DNA of 64,000 nt from Felis catus (lineage: Eukaryota): positions 165,170,001 to 165,234,000 of the forward strand of contig NC_058368.1 in NCBI RefSeq assembly GCF_018350175.1, read 5' to 3'. Made by a program: the position numbers and the translations under genes. Every line of letters begins with the position of its first letter. Within the stretch, counting starts at the first letter, position 1. The notes under the pieces were generated by a model that was not told the DNA's origin, ran no database searches, and saw only the letters and a list, made by a program, of their open reading frames with translations. This document shows, one piece after another, positions 1 to 11,663 of the stretch.

Positions 1-441
1 AGTTAGTTTATGTAATAGCCATCCATCCTAATTATGCCATCATTCGAATAGCATCTATTTTGAACTTTCATTCTAGTCAGGGTGTTGATTAAAGTACTTC
101 CAAATAAATAAATAAAAGATACTTTCAATATTTAAAAGGCACTTTGAAATAAATAATGCATCTAAGATTAATTTTCTTGACTAGGAAAAAATTAATAACC
201 TGAGGTTTACAAAAAGAATACAAAAAGGTTAATGACCTAGAGATTTCCATAGCTACTTTTATTCCATTTGTCATAGGGTAGAGAAAAAGGAAAATAATAA
301 TTCTTTTGTTAACTGGCTTTTCCTTTATATATTCTCATAATGGTAAATGCAGATAATAAGAAAAGAAGAGGTAAGCTAAAATGGTTAAATCACTGAACTG
401 TTACCTCTATTAATGCTTTTGTGTATTTTTCTGTGTTTTAG

Positions 442-1343
442 TTTTTTTTTAATATGAACTTTATTGTCAAATTTGTTTCCATACAACACCCAGTGCTCAT
501 CCCAACAGGTGCCCTCCTCAATACCCATCACCCATCTTCCCCTCCCTCCAACCTGCCATCAAACCTGAGATGTTCTCAGGTTTTAGGAGTCTTTTATGGT
601 TTGGCCCCTCTCTCTCTAATTTTTTTTGCCTTCTCCTCCCCCATGGTCTTCTGTTAAGTTTCTCAGGATCCACATAAGAGTGAAAACATATGGTATCTGT
701 CTTTCTCTGTATGACTTATTTCACTTAGCATAATACTCTCAGGTTCCATCCATGTTGCTACAAAAGGCCATATTTAATTCTTATTGCCACGTAGTATTCC
801 ATTGTGTATATAAACCACAATTTCTTTATCCATTCATCAGTTGATGGACATTTAGGCTCTTTCCATAATTTGGCTATTGTTGAAAGTGCTATTATAAATA
901 TTGGGGTAAAATTGTCCCTATGCATCAGCACTCCTGTATCCCTTGGGCAAATTCCTAGCAGTGCTATTTCTGGGTCATAGGGTAGGTCTATTTTTAATTT
1001 TTTGAGGAACCTCCACACTGTTTTCCAGAGCGGCTGCACCAGTTTGCATTCCCACCAACAGTGCAAGAGGGTTCCCGTTTCTCCACATCCTCGCCAGCAT
1101 CTATAGTCTCCTGATTTGTTCATTTTGTCCACTCTGACTGGTGTGAGGTGATATCTGAGTGTGGTTTTGATTTGTATTTTCCTGAGGAGGAGTGACATTG
1201 AGCATCTTTTCATGTGGCTGTTGGACACCTGGATGTCTACTTTAGAGAAGTGTCTATTCATGTTTTCTGCCCATTTCTTCACTGGATTATTTGTTTTTCG
1301 GGTGTGGAGTTTGCTGAGTTCTTTAGATTTTGGATACTAGCCC
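442..1343 (-). mobile_element. Young feline LINE-1, 5'-truncated 3' end (ORF2 C-terminus + 3'UTR + polyA)
   Basis: ORF 758-1282(-) gives L1 ORF2p C-terminal motifs ([29 protein letters not shown]); T-run at 442-450; closely similar to the + strand copy at 53130-54550. Confidence 0.95.
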
Positions 1344-1360
1344 CAGTGGAGCTACCCATA

Positions 1361-1568
1361 GGAGCTCCTGGGTAGCTCAGTCGGTTGAGCAACTGACTTT
1401 AACTCAGGTCATGATCTCATGGTTCCTGAGTTCCAGCCCTAAGTAGGGCTCTGTCCTGACAGCTCAGAGCCTGGAGCCTGCTGCAAATTCTGTGTCTCCC
1501 TCTCTCTCTGCCCCTCCTCCACTCATTCTCTGCCTCTCTCTCAAAAATAAATAAACATTTAAAAAAAG
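1361..1568 (+). mobile_element. CAN-SINE (SINEC)
   Basis: tRNA-like head (tgggtagctcagtcggttgagc), (CT)n region, AATAAA and A tail. Confidence 0.93.
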
Positions 1569-2272
1569 ACAAATATGATAGATTTGCAGAGAAGTTTTGA
1601 GTGTCAGTTTAACCCTAATGGTCTTGAATGTTTTGGACCCTAATCTGAATGCATGATTTTCAGAAGTAATGCTCACCCAAACAGAGGTGACTATGGAAAA
1701 TGCAATATATTGAGTTCATTATGATTATGGGTTATCAGGTAATTTCATCTGAAGGAAACAAAAACTAAGGATTTGATTCAGTTGCAAAGCTGTATTTATA
1801 ATTGTTAATCATTTAATATAAGCAGGAAAATGAGAACAGACTGCAGAAAATGATAGAAAAATACTTTGAGGTCACTGGATTAGGTTGTTTAACTACATGT
1901 CATACCATTGTACATTTCTTATCCTCTTCAGTGAAGTCTGTGGTGATACAAAAGCAAGTGGGCCAAAATGTAGGATGTTTCATTTGTTGTTTGGAACCAC
2001 AACAAATGTCTTAATTCCTGCTATTTAAGGTACTATTCTAGGTACTATTCTAGGTACTAGAGAAACTGTACAAAAAGAATAAAGAAAAAATCCCTCACCA
2101 TCTGGAACTTTTATTCTATTGCCACTGGCAGGTGATAAATGTATGGTTTTATGCTTTTATATGTGTTAAAAAGCAATAAATGCTATAAATAAAACAAATT
2201 AAAACTAGCTAATTACTGAAATGTATATTCTTAAAATTGGCTTGTTTGGACCAAACTAAAAAGTGACCTTTA

Positions 2273-2484
2273 TTTTATTTTAATTTTTTTTAATGTTTAT
2301 TTATTTTTGAGACAGAGCATGAATGGGGGAGGGTCAGAGAGAGAGGGAGACACAGAATCCAAAACAGGCTCCAGGCTCTGAGCGGTCAGCACAGAGCCAG
2401 ATGCAGGGCTCAAACTCATGGACCGCAAGATCATGACCTGAGCTGAAGTCGGATGCTTAACCGACTGAGCCACCCAGGCGCCCC
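2273..2484 (-). mobile_element. CAN-SINE (feline type)
   Basis: Reverse-complement SINE; 14-bp TSD aaaagtgaccttta at 2259-2272 and 2485-2498. Confidence 0.96.
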
Positions 2485-2499
2485 AAAAGTGACCTTTAA

Positions 2500-2900
2500 A
2501 AAGCAATTTGATGAAGTGAAAAAAAAAGCTACAGTAATATTTGAGAAATTACATTCAGAGAGAGGGAATATCAAGTTAAAAGTCCTTAATTTGTGGGACA
2601 CTGATGGGTTTTGAGGAAAACCAAGCAGTTAATGTGGCTGTAGAACATTGCATGTAAATTTTGAGAGATAAATGAGGACCTATGATAGAAAGGTTAGGTT
2701 TTATTACAAGTGTGGTGTGAACTTCTTGAAATACTCTAAATAGACCAATGCTGTAATATGATTCACATATGGAAATCACTGCTGTGGTTTTAGTAACCAA
2801 TAAGAGGAGAAGGATAGAAACAGAGCCTTTGGGAGGCTATAGAAACATTGCAGTTGAGCCATGTATGGAATAATGGTAGTGCTGGTTGAAAGTGGTTGTA
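2500..2900 (-). mobile_element. Ancient LINE-2 fragment (approximate limits)
   Basis: Degenerate purine-rich sequence resembling the L2 reverse strand; recognised by eye only. Confidence 0.4.
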
Positions 2901-3460
2901 TTCAGTTAACATTCTTAAGAACTTAACTTTTGCTCACCTTGTGCCCCAGCCATTGCACTTCTAGGTATTTATTCAAGAAGTGAAAATATGCATTATTCTG
3001 GAAATGAAGTCTAAATTTATTGTTTGCTTAAACAAGTAAGACCCATAACTGAGTGGTACATTTTTACTGAGCCAAGCATAGATATAAAAACAGGAGGTAG
3101 TAGGGTCTTTGTATTTACCAACTGATACACTTATAATATGGATGTTGCCAAAGGGATTAGTTGAATCTTAAATATATAAAAAAGCATGTTGATTATTGCA
3201 AAACTGACAATGGGTATTTTTCTAGAGTGGGTACTTTTAATTCTCACTTAGGATTTTGTCATAAGCCATCACCTCTGCATTAAAATGTTTAAGTACTGTG
3301 ATAGCTAAGATGTAATAACATGAGGCATTGGTAAACATGGACTATACTTATGAGTGAATGATGAGGAAAAAACACAAATTTAAAATAAATGTGAAAGGGG
3401 GAGTTAATGGAAAAGGATATTCTTCTAAGGTAACAATCCACATAAGGAAGTGTAACTCAT

Positions 3461-3548
3461 GGGGCCTTGCTGGCTCAGTCAGTAGAACATAGAACTCTTG
3501 ATCTCAGGTTCATGAGTTTAAGCCCCATATAGAACTTACTTAAAAAAG
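3461..3548 (+). mobile_element. Short tRNA-derived carnivore SINE lacking the (CT)n tract
   Basis: ggggccttgctggctcagtcagtagaacat...ctcttgatctcagg...agcccca, A tail; imperfect TSD taactca. Confidence 0.85.
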
Positions 3549-4611
3549 AAATATAACTCAGTAGAAAGTATATACCTTTTCCCTTTGGAAAAAAATAATA
3601 AATATGTAAAAACAATAACTATTATTAAGAAGAAAGGAATGTAGTGCATTACACATTTTCCCCAGGAAGGTAAATTTCTGAGACTGAAGAGTGTTGGAAT
3701 TTGTGTTGGATTTTAATAGAGACGTGAGAAAATTAAAGATGGTAAACCCAGTTTAGAAGCTTGAGGATTTGGAGGGCATCATTTTGTAGATGAGATGATT
3801 TTTATAAAATATCATTTTTTAAATAGAATATATTGCACTTTCTTCTAAATTATTATTTTATGGCCATCTAGGGTATTTAACCTTGTAAATCTCATTCATT
3901 TTCAAATTTGCCATTGACCTACTTCTCCTAAAGGCTCTATTTTAATGTATTTATGATCATATTTATATTTTATATGCTGCTAATTGGTCTTGTAGTACCT
4001 TGAGCAGGAACCTCATTTGTCTTTGTCCCAGGACTTTAATGCAATTTTAGGTAGCCTGTAAGGACTCTGTGAAGAAAAATCAGGGACAAGAAAAGTTTTT
4101 TAGAGTAGGCAGGAACACATTGAACCTTTGTATCTCATTTCCTTTTTTTAAAAAAATGTAAAAAATGATAGCAGTCCTATGTCCTATATTTTTGGATGGA
4201 CTACAATGTTCTACATCCAGACAAATAAACCAAACATGAGCTCACAGCCCCCACCACACATACATGTGCACGCTTGCACACACACCGACACACAAATAAG
4301 TAGAACAGTATTGGCATTGAGTCTTCATTCATTGAATATATATTTATTGCACACTCAGTATATGCCAAACACTGGACCATATGCATATTTATATTACATG
4401 CTATGGTATTTTGAATGAGAACAATTTTTTAGTTGTTTAATGAATCAATTACTTTGTGTTAAATTTTACAATTTAATACAGAATTGAAACACAAAATTTT
4501 ATAATAGAATATCAGTTTATGAAATCTTTTCCAAAACATTATGTGATAATGACTTTAAAAAGAAGAAAGGAGATGAATAAAGAAGATTGGTGGTGTGTGT
4601 GTGCGTGTGTT

Positions 4612-5018
4612 AAATGGAGTGTGACTCAGCCATAAAAAAGAATGGCATCTGGCCATTTGCAATGACCTGGTCGGAGGTAGAGAATATTATGCTAGGTGAA
4701 ATAAGAGAAAGACAAATACTATATGATTTCACTCTCATGTGGAGTTTAGGAAACAACAAATGGGTGAGGGGAAAAAGAGAGAGAGGCAAACCAAGAAACA
4801 GACACTGAACTGCAGAGAACACAGTAATGGTTACCAGAAAGGAAGTCATTGGGGGGATGGGTTAAATAGAGATGGGAATTAAGGAGAGCACTTGCTGTGA
4901 TGAACACAGGGTGGTATATGGAAGTGTTGAATCACTATATTGTGCACCTGAAACTAATATTACACTGTATGTTAATCAACTAGAATTTAAATAAGAACTC
5001 AAAAAAAATTAAAAAAAG
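4612..5018 (+). mobile_element. Carnivore LINE-1 3' end fragment
   Basis: SAIKKNGIWPFAMTW ORF2 end; 3'UTR ending cacctgaaactaatattacactgtatg and an A tail. Confidence 0.88.
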
Positions 5019-7122
5019 GTGAAAGGAAAGGCCTAGCAGTTAGAGTATTGCAAGAGGACCCTATAGGAAAAGGTTAAACATAAAGCTTATCTTTTCACAA
5101 TGTCTTCACCATTGAGTTTTGATTGAATGACTTGATAAATATTTCTGTTTTCGTAAATAATAAAGGGTGTGGGGAAAAATATCCAGCTTTGCTTTTTTTG
5201 GACAGATGGATATTTCAAACATGGTTGTTTCTAATACACAGTATATTTGGGGAGTGGCAAGATGAGGAAGTTGTTTTTTTTCTTTATACTGTATTATTTG
5301 ACTTTGAATAATAAATATGTGAATTTTCTAAAAAAGACATTACTTTAAAAAGCATGAACCACTCAGGATGTATGTACAGGTATTTAATGACAAATTATAG
5401 GGTAATTTAAACATTTTGAAAATACTTATTTTGGAAGAGATAAGTAATTTAACGTCTGAAAGGTAAAACTAGCATATATAAACTAACTAACTTTGATAAA
5501 ACCTAACAACAAGAGTGTTTAATGCTTTGTATTGTGTTAACTTGTATTAGATTTCTCTAGTATCCGGAAGTGAATTTTTTGCCTAACCCTGACAGTGTTC
5601 TTGGTGATCCTGACATTAGTCTCAAGGATCACAGATGCTCCAGATCTTACCATTCTTTGAGATCACAGAGGGGTTTGCATTATTTGTAAACGGACTGTAT
5701 ATATAATCTTTGCCTACTTTGCTTTTTTATGTAACTCCTTGGCTACCAAAAAAAAATGTCTTATTTGATAAGTACTGTATCTAGTTGTTAAAGAATTTAG
5801 TACCCAGGTCTATATTGTTCTATATGTGAAAGCTAAAAGATGTTAAAAAAAAAAAGATTTTGTCAGAAGTCTGTATTTTCTTTATACATCAAGTATAACC
5901 ATATTATATCTTTATTATTTTAGAATTCATATTATAAATTCTTGATATATTCATGTTCTATACAGAGATCATTCTTCTCTTGATTTCCCATTGTAGAATG
6001 GGACATCTTAGAATCTGAACTAAAATTTGGCAGTTTATCAGGCTTCACCTCATTTTGAATCTAAAATTGAAATTGAACTTAAAATTTCTAGAAGAATTGT
6101 CTGCATGTGGGAAACAGCTAAAACATTTTGAGAGAGTAGACATGGAGAGAGTAATTAATATATTTACCAATTAAATTATTTGCTTCAAATTTTATTCCAC
6201 AGAAAACAACCCTTCACACTCAGATATAACATATTTTAGTTTAAAGAAATCTGGATTTGAATCCTAGATCTCCTAAAACAGTTATACCTCAACAAAGTGA
6301 TTTAATTAGTAGATAAATGATAGGCTTCTAAGAAAAAAACAATAACATACCCTTTAATTTCAACAAGATTTTCTGATGATGGGTTGATGGTTTAGAATAT
6401 AAATTCTGTTAAGGGATCTGAACAAGATATTTGAGTGCCAGATGCAGTTACCCTTTAAATATTTTACATTAGCATACAAGCTATTAGAATTATTTGATTT
6501 GGTTAAACACTAAAAACTTCTGTGCCCAATTGCCTGGTTATTAACAGTGCATGATTGCTGTATAGAAAGGTAATATTATAATAGAGCCTGTGACATTGTT
6601 TTTAATGGCTTAAAAACACTTTCTTCTCTGATTTTCCTATCAAATTTAGAAGAATATATGTTGAAAGAAAGATAATCTAACCCCAAATTTCTCAGACAGT
6701 ATTTTGGTCTGAGAGTATTATTTAGAAATCAGCTAAAATTGAATCTGTTCTTGACTGTTTCCATTAGGAATTTAAGACTGAAATGACAGCTGGTATTTGT
6801 TGGTGTAGACTAGCTCTCTTTGCACTGATGAGAGATTTGATTTGTTTCAAAGTGGAGGATTTTTTTTTCCGTAAAATGCAGCAGAATCTTCCTTTATATC
6901 TTATAAGAGACAGATTTTGTTTTAGGAAGCATATCATGGTATCCAGTTCTTGATAATACATTTTCATTGTGTTATTTACTAATCTATGTAATCATCTGTT
7001 TGAATGAATCGTGGTATTTTTTTTCAATTACAGCGATTAAATTTTGAATAAAATTTAAAATGTGAGAATTGAAAAAAATTGTTTCAGTAGAATACTGTTT
7101 GAAAATATTTTAAAGGTTTCCA

Positions 7123-7340
7123 GGGGCGCCTGGGTGGCGCAGTCGGTTAAGCGTCCGACTTCAGCCAGGTCACGATCTCGCGGTCTGTGAGTTCGAGCCC
7201 CACATCGGGCTCTGGGCTGATGGCTCAGAGCCTGGAGCCTGTTTCCGATTCTGTGTCTCCCTCTCTCTCTGCCCCTCCCCCGTTCATGCTCTGTCTCTCT
7301 CTGTCCCAAAAATAAATAAACATTGAAAAAAAAATTTAAA
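7123..7340 (+). mobile_element. Young CAN-SINE (SINEC_Fc-like)
   Basis: CpG-rich near-consensus ggggcgcctgggtggcgcagtcggttaagcg; TSD aaaggtttcca at 7112-7122 and 7341-7351. Confidence 0.97.
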
Positions 7341-8199
7341 AAAGGTTTCCATATCTTCTAAAACAATTTTATTTTAAGAAATATTTTCCTTTTGAAGTCA
7401 TAATCTGTGTAAATATATTTAACCTGTACAACATTAACCATTTCTTGGAATCTCTTATGGACATTCTATCATTTTTTTTTAAATGCTGGACTTGTGATTT
7501 GTTGAGAGTTAAATGATTTTCATTTACTTGTGAAATCCTTTTTTGATGGGGGTGAGAGTGTAGGCTGGCAAGACATTAGACTGTTTCCACACCTTGACTA
7601 TTGTGAACAAAACTGCAACGAACAGGGGAAAACAGATATTGAAGATGCACAGTTTACGAAAACCAGAGGGTTAATGGCACAGAAGCACATGTGCAGAGCA
7701 AAGTTTACTTTCTCATTTTCACTCTATTCTTTTGTGATTTAGAAAAAAGTGCTTGAGTTTCACAGGAGAAAAAGAGGCAGTTAATGAAGAAGGACAGAGG
7801 CCTCATTCTGTGAAATGAATCAGGTTTGGTACTCCTTCTTCTTATTTCAGTTCCTAACAAGTCACAAGAAGGTGCCTACTCTGATTCCTTGATGAGGAAC
7901 TGCAGCTTCCCATAGTGACCTAAGGTTGAAAAATTCTTGTTTATATTATCTCTTTTAAAAATTCTTTTTACCTTTCTTTATGATGAGAATATTTAAGTTC
8001 TACTCCCTTAACAAGTTTCATTTACAGAATACAGTATTAACAACTATAGTCCTCATAATATGTATTAGATCCTCAGGACGTATTCATCTTATAACTGAAA
8101 TTTTGTATCATTTTACTATATTCTATTTCCACCACCAAGGAGCTCCTGGCAACAATCATTCTACACTGTTTGTAACATTAGAATTTTAGTTTCTATTTA

Positions 8200-8505
8200 C
8201 AGTTGACCCTTGAACTATTCAGGTGTTAGGGGTACCAAGCCCCTGCACAGTAAAAAATTCATGTATAACTTTTGCCCCAAAACTTAATTACTATTAGCCT
8301 AGTGTTGACCAGAAGCCTTTCCAAAAATTAGAAGTTGATTAACATATTTTGTGTGTTATATAAACATATTGTATTCTTAGAATAAGCTGGAGAAAATCAA
8401 ATTAAGAAAATTATAAGGAAGAGATAATACATTTATAGTATTTATAAAAAATCTGCATGTGAGTGAATCTGTGCAATTAAAACCCATGTTATTCAAAGGC
8501 AGTTG
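8200..8505. mobile_element. Tigger2a-type non-autonomous DNA transposon (TcMar-Tigger MITE)
   Basis: Left terminal repeat cagttgacccttgaac, degenerate right terminal repeat gttattcaaaggcagttg, TA on both sides (8198-8199, 8506-8507). Confidence 0.88.
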
Positions 8506-8655
8506 TATAAGTGATTGCATTTCTCACTGTTACTTTTCTGTCAGGTATTATGCTAAGTGAAATAAGCCAATCAGTTTCCCATGTTGTTGCAAATGACAGT
8601 TTTTCCTTCTTTGATAAGGATAATAATATTCCACTCTATATATGTATACATGTAG

Positions 8656-8656
<1 letters not shown>

Positions 8657-8691
<35 letters not shown>
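8657..8691. repeat. (TG)n microsatellite
   Basis: Direct observation. Confidence 0.95.
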
Positions 8692-8693
<2 letters not shown>

Positions 8694-9676
8694 CACATTT
8701 TCACCATCCATTGATCTGTTGGCAGACATTAGATTGTTTCCACACCTTGACTATTGTGAACATAGCTGCAGTGAGCATGGGAAAATAGACATTTCTTAGA
8801 GATACTGAGTTGTTTCCTTTGAATATATACCCAGGGTGAACTTGATGGATCATGTGGTATTTGTATTTTTCATTTCTTTAGGAAACTCCAGACTGTTTTC
8901 CATAGTGGCTGTATGAGTTCACATCCCCACCAATAGTGTACAAGGGTTCCCTTTACATACTTGCCAGCATTTATTATCCCTTCTCTGTTTGATAACAGAG
9001 ATCCTAACAGATTTGAAGTGATATCTCCTTATGGTTTTGAATTACATTTCTCTGATAATTAATCATGTTAAGTGCTTTTACAGGTACTTGTTGGCCATTT
9101 GTAGGTCTTCTTTGGAAATGTCTATTTAGGTTCTTTGCCCATTTTTTTTTTAATTTGGGTTATTTGTGGGGTTTTTTTCTCTTTTTTTTAGATTAAAAGA
9201 GTTTATTGTATATTTTGGATATTAATCCCTTACTGGTTTGCAAATATGTTCTCCTATTCCATAGGTTGCCTTAAATTTTTTGATGATTTCCTTTCCTATG
9301 CAGAAGCATTTGAGGTTGATGTAGTTTCACCTGTTTACTTTTGTTTTTGTTGACTTTGCTTTGATGTCACCTCCAAAAAAATCATTGCCAAGACCATTGC
9401 TACAGAGCTTACCCTTTATGTTTTCTTGGAGGAGTTTTACAGTTTGAGGCCTTACATGCAAGCCTTATTTAATCTATATTGAATTGGTTTTAATGTACAG
9501 TGTAAGACCAAACTCTAGTTTCATTTTTTGCCTGTGGATATTCAATTTTCCCAGCACCATTGCTTGAAGATACTGTCCTTTCCTCATGGTATATTCTTGA
9601 CTCCTTTGTCAAAAAATAATTGACCATATATACATAGGCTTATTTGGGGGCCCTCTCTTCTGTCCCATTGATCTAT

Positions 9677-10090
9677 TGTAACTGTGCACTGAAGAAAAAG
9701 TTCTCAGGCACTTAGACTGGGCTGACGTGCAGGGCTGCCTCTGCCAGTGAAACAGCAGCAGCAGCGAAGTGCACACAGTCTTTATTTCATGTTTGCCAGG
9801 TATAAACATCAAAGAATGTTAAATCATGGGAGGAAAGCATAAAGAGCCTCCAGACATAGACCAAACACACATGTGGTCTTTACGTGAAATTTCGCACGCG
9901 GGGAAGATGGGCATTTTTAAGGACTGCTAGGCAATTACAGTGGATCTGTTCCCTAACTAGCTCCTGGGAGATCATGGGGATCTGTTCTCATAATGCTAAC
10001 AGCTTGAGACCAGAACATCGCTGACATTTCAGCAGTTACCCCATTCACTTTCCCAGGGCTTACAATATACTCTCTAAAAATAACTCCACA
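9677..10090 (-). mobile_element. Solo LTR of an endogenous retrovirus (family unassigned)
   Basis: 414-bp non-L1 insert starting TG and ending CA; atctat duplicated at 9671-9676 and 10091-10096; AATAAA on - strand at 9781-9786. Confidence 0.85.
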
Positions 10091-11461
10091 ATCTATGTAT
10101 TATTTTATATCAATACATAATGTTTTGGTTTCTATTGCTTTGTAAAATAGTTTGAATCAGGAAGTGTGATGACGCCTCCAGCTGTGTCTTTCCCAAGATT
10201 TCTTTGGGTATTGAGTCTTGTGGTGTTCCATATACATTTTCAGATGCTTTTGTCTATTTCTGTGAAAAATGACATTGGACTTTGAGATTGCATTGAATAT
10301 GTAGATTGCTTTGGGTGACATGGACATTTTGATAATATCATTTAAACTGCAGAAAAGAGGTTATAATTCCATTTATATGTGTCATATGCAATTTCCTTCA
10401 ATATTCTATAGTTTTCATTGTGTAGATCTTTCATTTTCTTGGTTAAACTTACTCCAAAGTTTTTTTTTTTTAATTTCAAAGCCATTATAAATCGAATTGT
10501 TTACACGATTTTTTTTGATTGTTCATTATTAGTGTATAGAAACGCAACTGATTTTTGTAGGTTGATTTTTGTATTTTGCAACTTGACTGAACTTATTTAT
10601 TCTAACTTGTTTTTAGTGAAATCTTTAGGATTCTACATAAGAAATCCTGTCATCTTCAAACAGATAATTTTAATTCTTCCTCTCTGAATTAGTTGCCTTT
10701 TATTTCTGAAGTTCTTGCTTACTTGTTCTGGCTAGGACTTCTAGTACCATATTGGCTAAAAGTTGCAAGAGTGCGCTTCCTTGTCTTGTTACTGATCTTA
10801 GAAAAGCTTTCTTCTTTTTTCTGTTGAGTATGATGGATTTGTCATATATGGCTTTTAATAAATTGATATATGTTCCTTCTATAGTCACTACAAGAGTTGT
10901 TTTTTTCTGAATGGAAATAATGTTGTTTCGTCAAGTGTTTTTTCTGCATCTATATAGATGATTATATAATTATCACCCTCCATTTTCTAATGTGATGTGT
11001 CACATTATTGATTTGCAAATGTTGAACCAAACTTGCATCTCTAGAATAAATCCCACTTGATCATGGTATACAGTCCTTTTGATGTACTGTTGAAATTGGA
11101 TTGCTAGTATTTTGTTGAGAATTTTTACATTGATGTCCAACTGGCATATTGGCCTTTGGCTTTCATTTCTTGTAGTATCCTTATCTGGCTTTGTTATCAG
11201 GGTAATGCTGACTCATAAAATGAGGTTGAAAGTTTTTTGTTCTTCTCTGTTTTTGAAAGGATTAGGATTAGTTCTTTGAATATTTGGTACAATTCACTAA
11301 TGAAGTCATCTAGTCATGGACTTGTCTTTGTTAGGATGTTTTTATTTACTGATTTAGTATCTTCACTTGTTATTGGTCTGTTCAGATGTTGGTTTTGTTA
11401 TCATTCAGTCTTGTTTGGTTGTACATTTCTAGGAATGTACCCAGTTCCCCTAAGTTACCAA

Positions 11462-11663
11462 TTTTTTTTTAATGTTTACTTATTTCAGAGACAGAGCATG
11501 AATGGGGGAGGGGTAGAGAGAGAGCGAGACACAGAATCAGAAGCAGGCTTCAGGGTCTGAGCGGTCAGCACAGCGCCCGACACGGGGCTCGAACTCACAA
11601 ACTGTGAGATCATGACCTGAGCTGAAGTCAGACGCTCAACCGACTGAGCCACCCAGGTGCCCC
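11462..11663 (-). mobile_element. CAN-SINE nested in L1
   Basis: SINE reverse complement; TSD taagtta(t)ccaatttt on both sides. Confidence 0.95.

Noticed and set aside
3461..3548. tRNA gene
   Set aside because: A/B-box-like head but no full cloverleaf, and it ends in an A tail, so it is a tRNA-derived SINE (same for 14475-14597).
7743..7823. Exon-like segment between tttAG and cag|GTTTGG
   Set aside because: Stops in all three frames and a weak donor.
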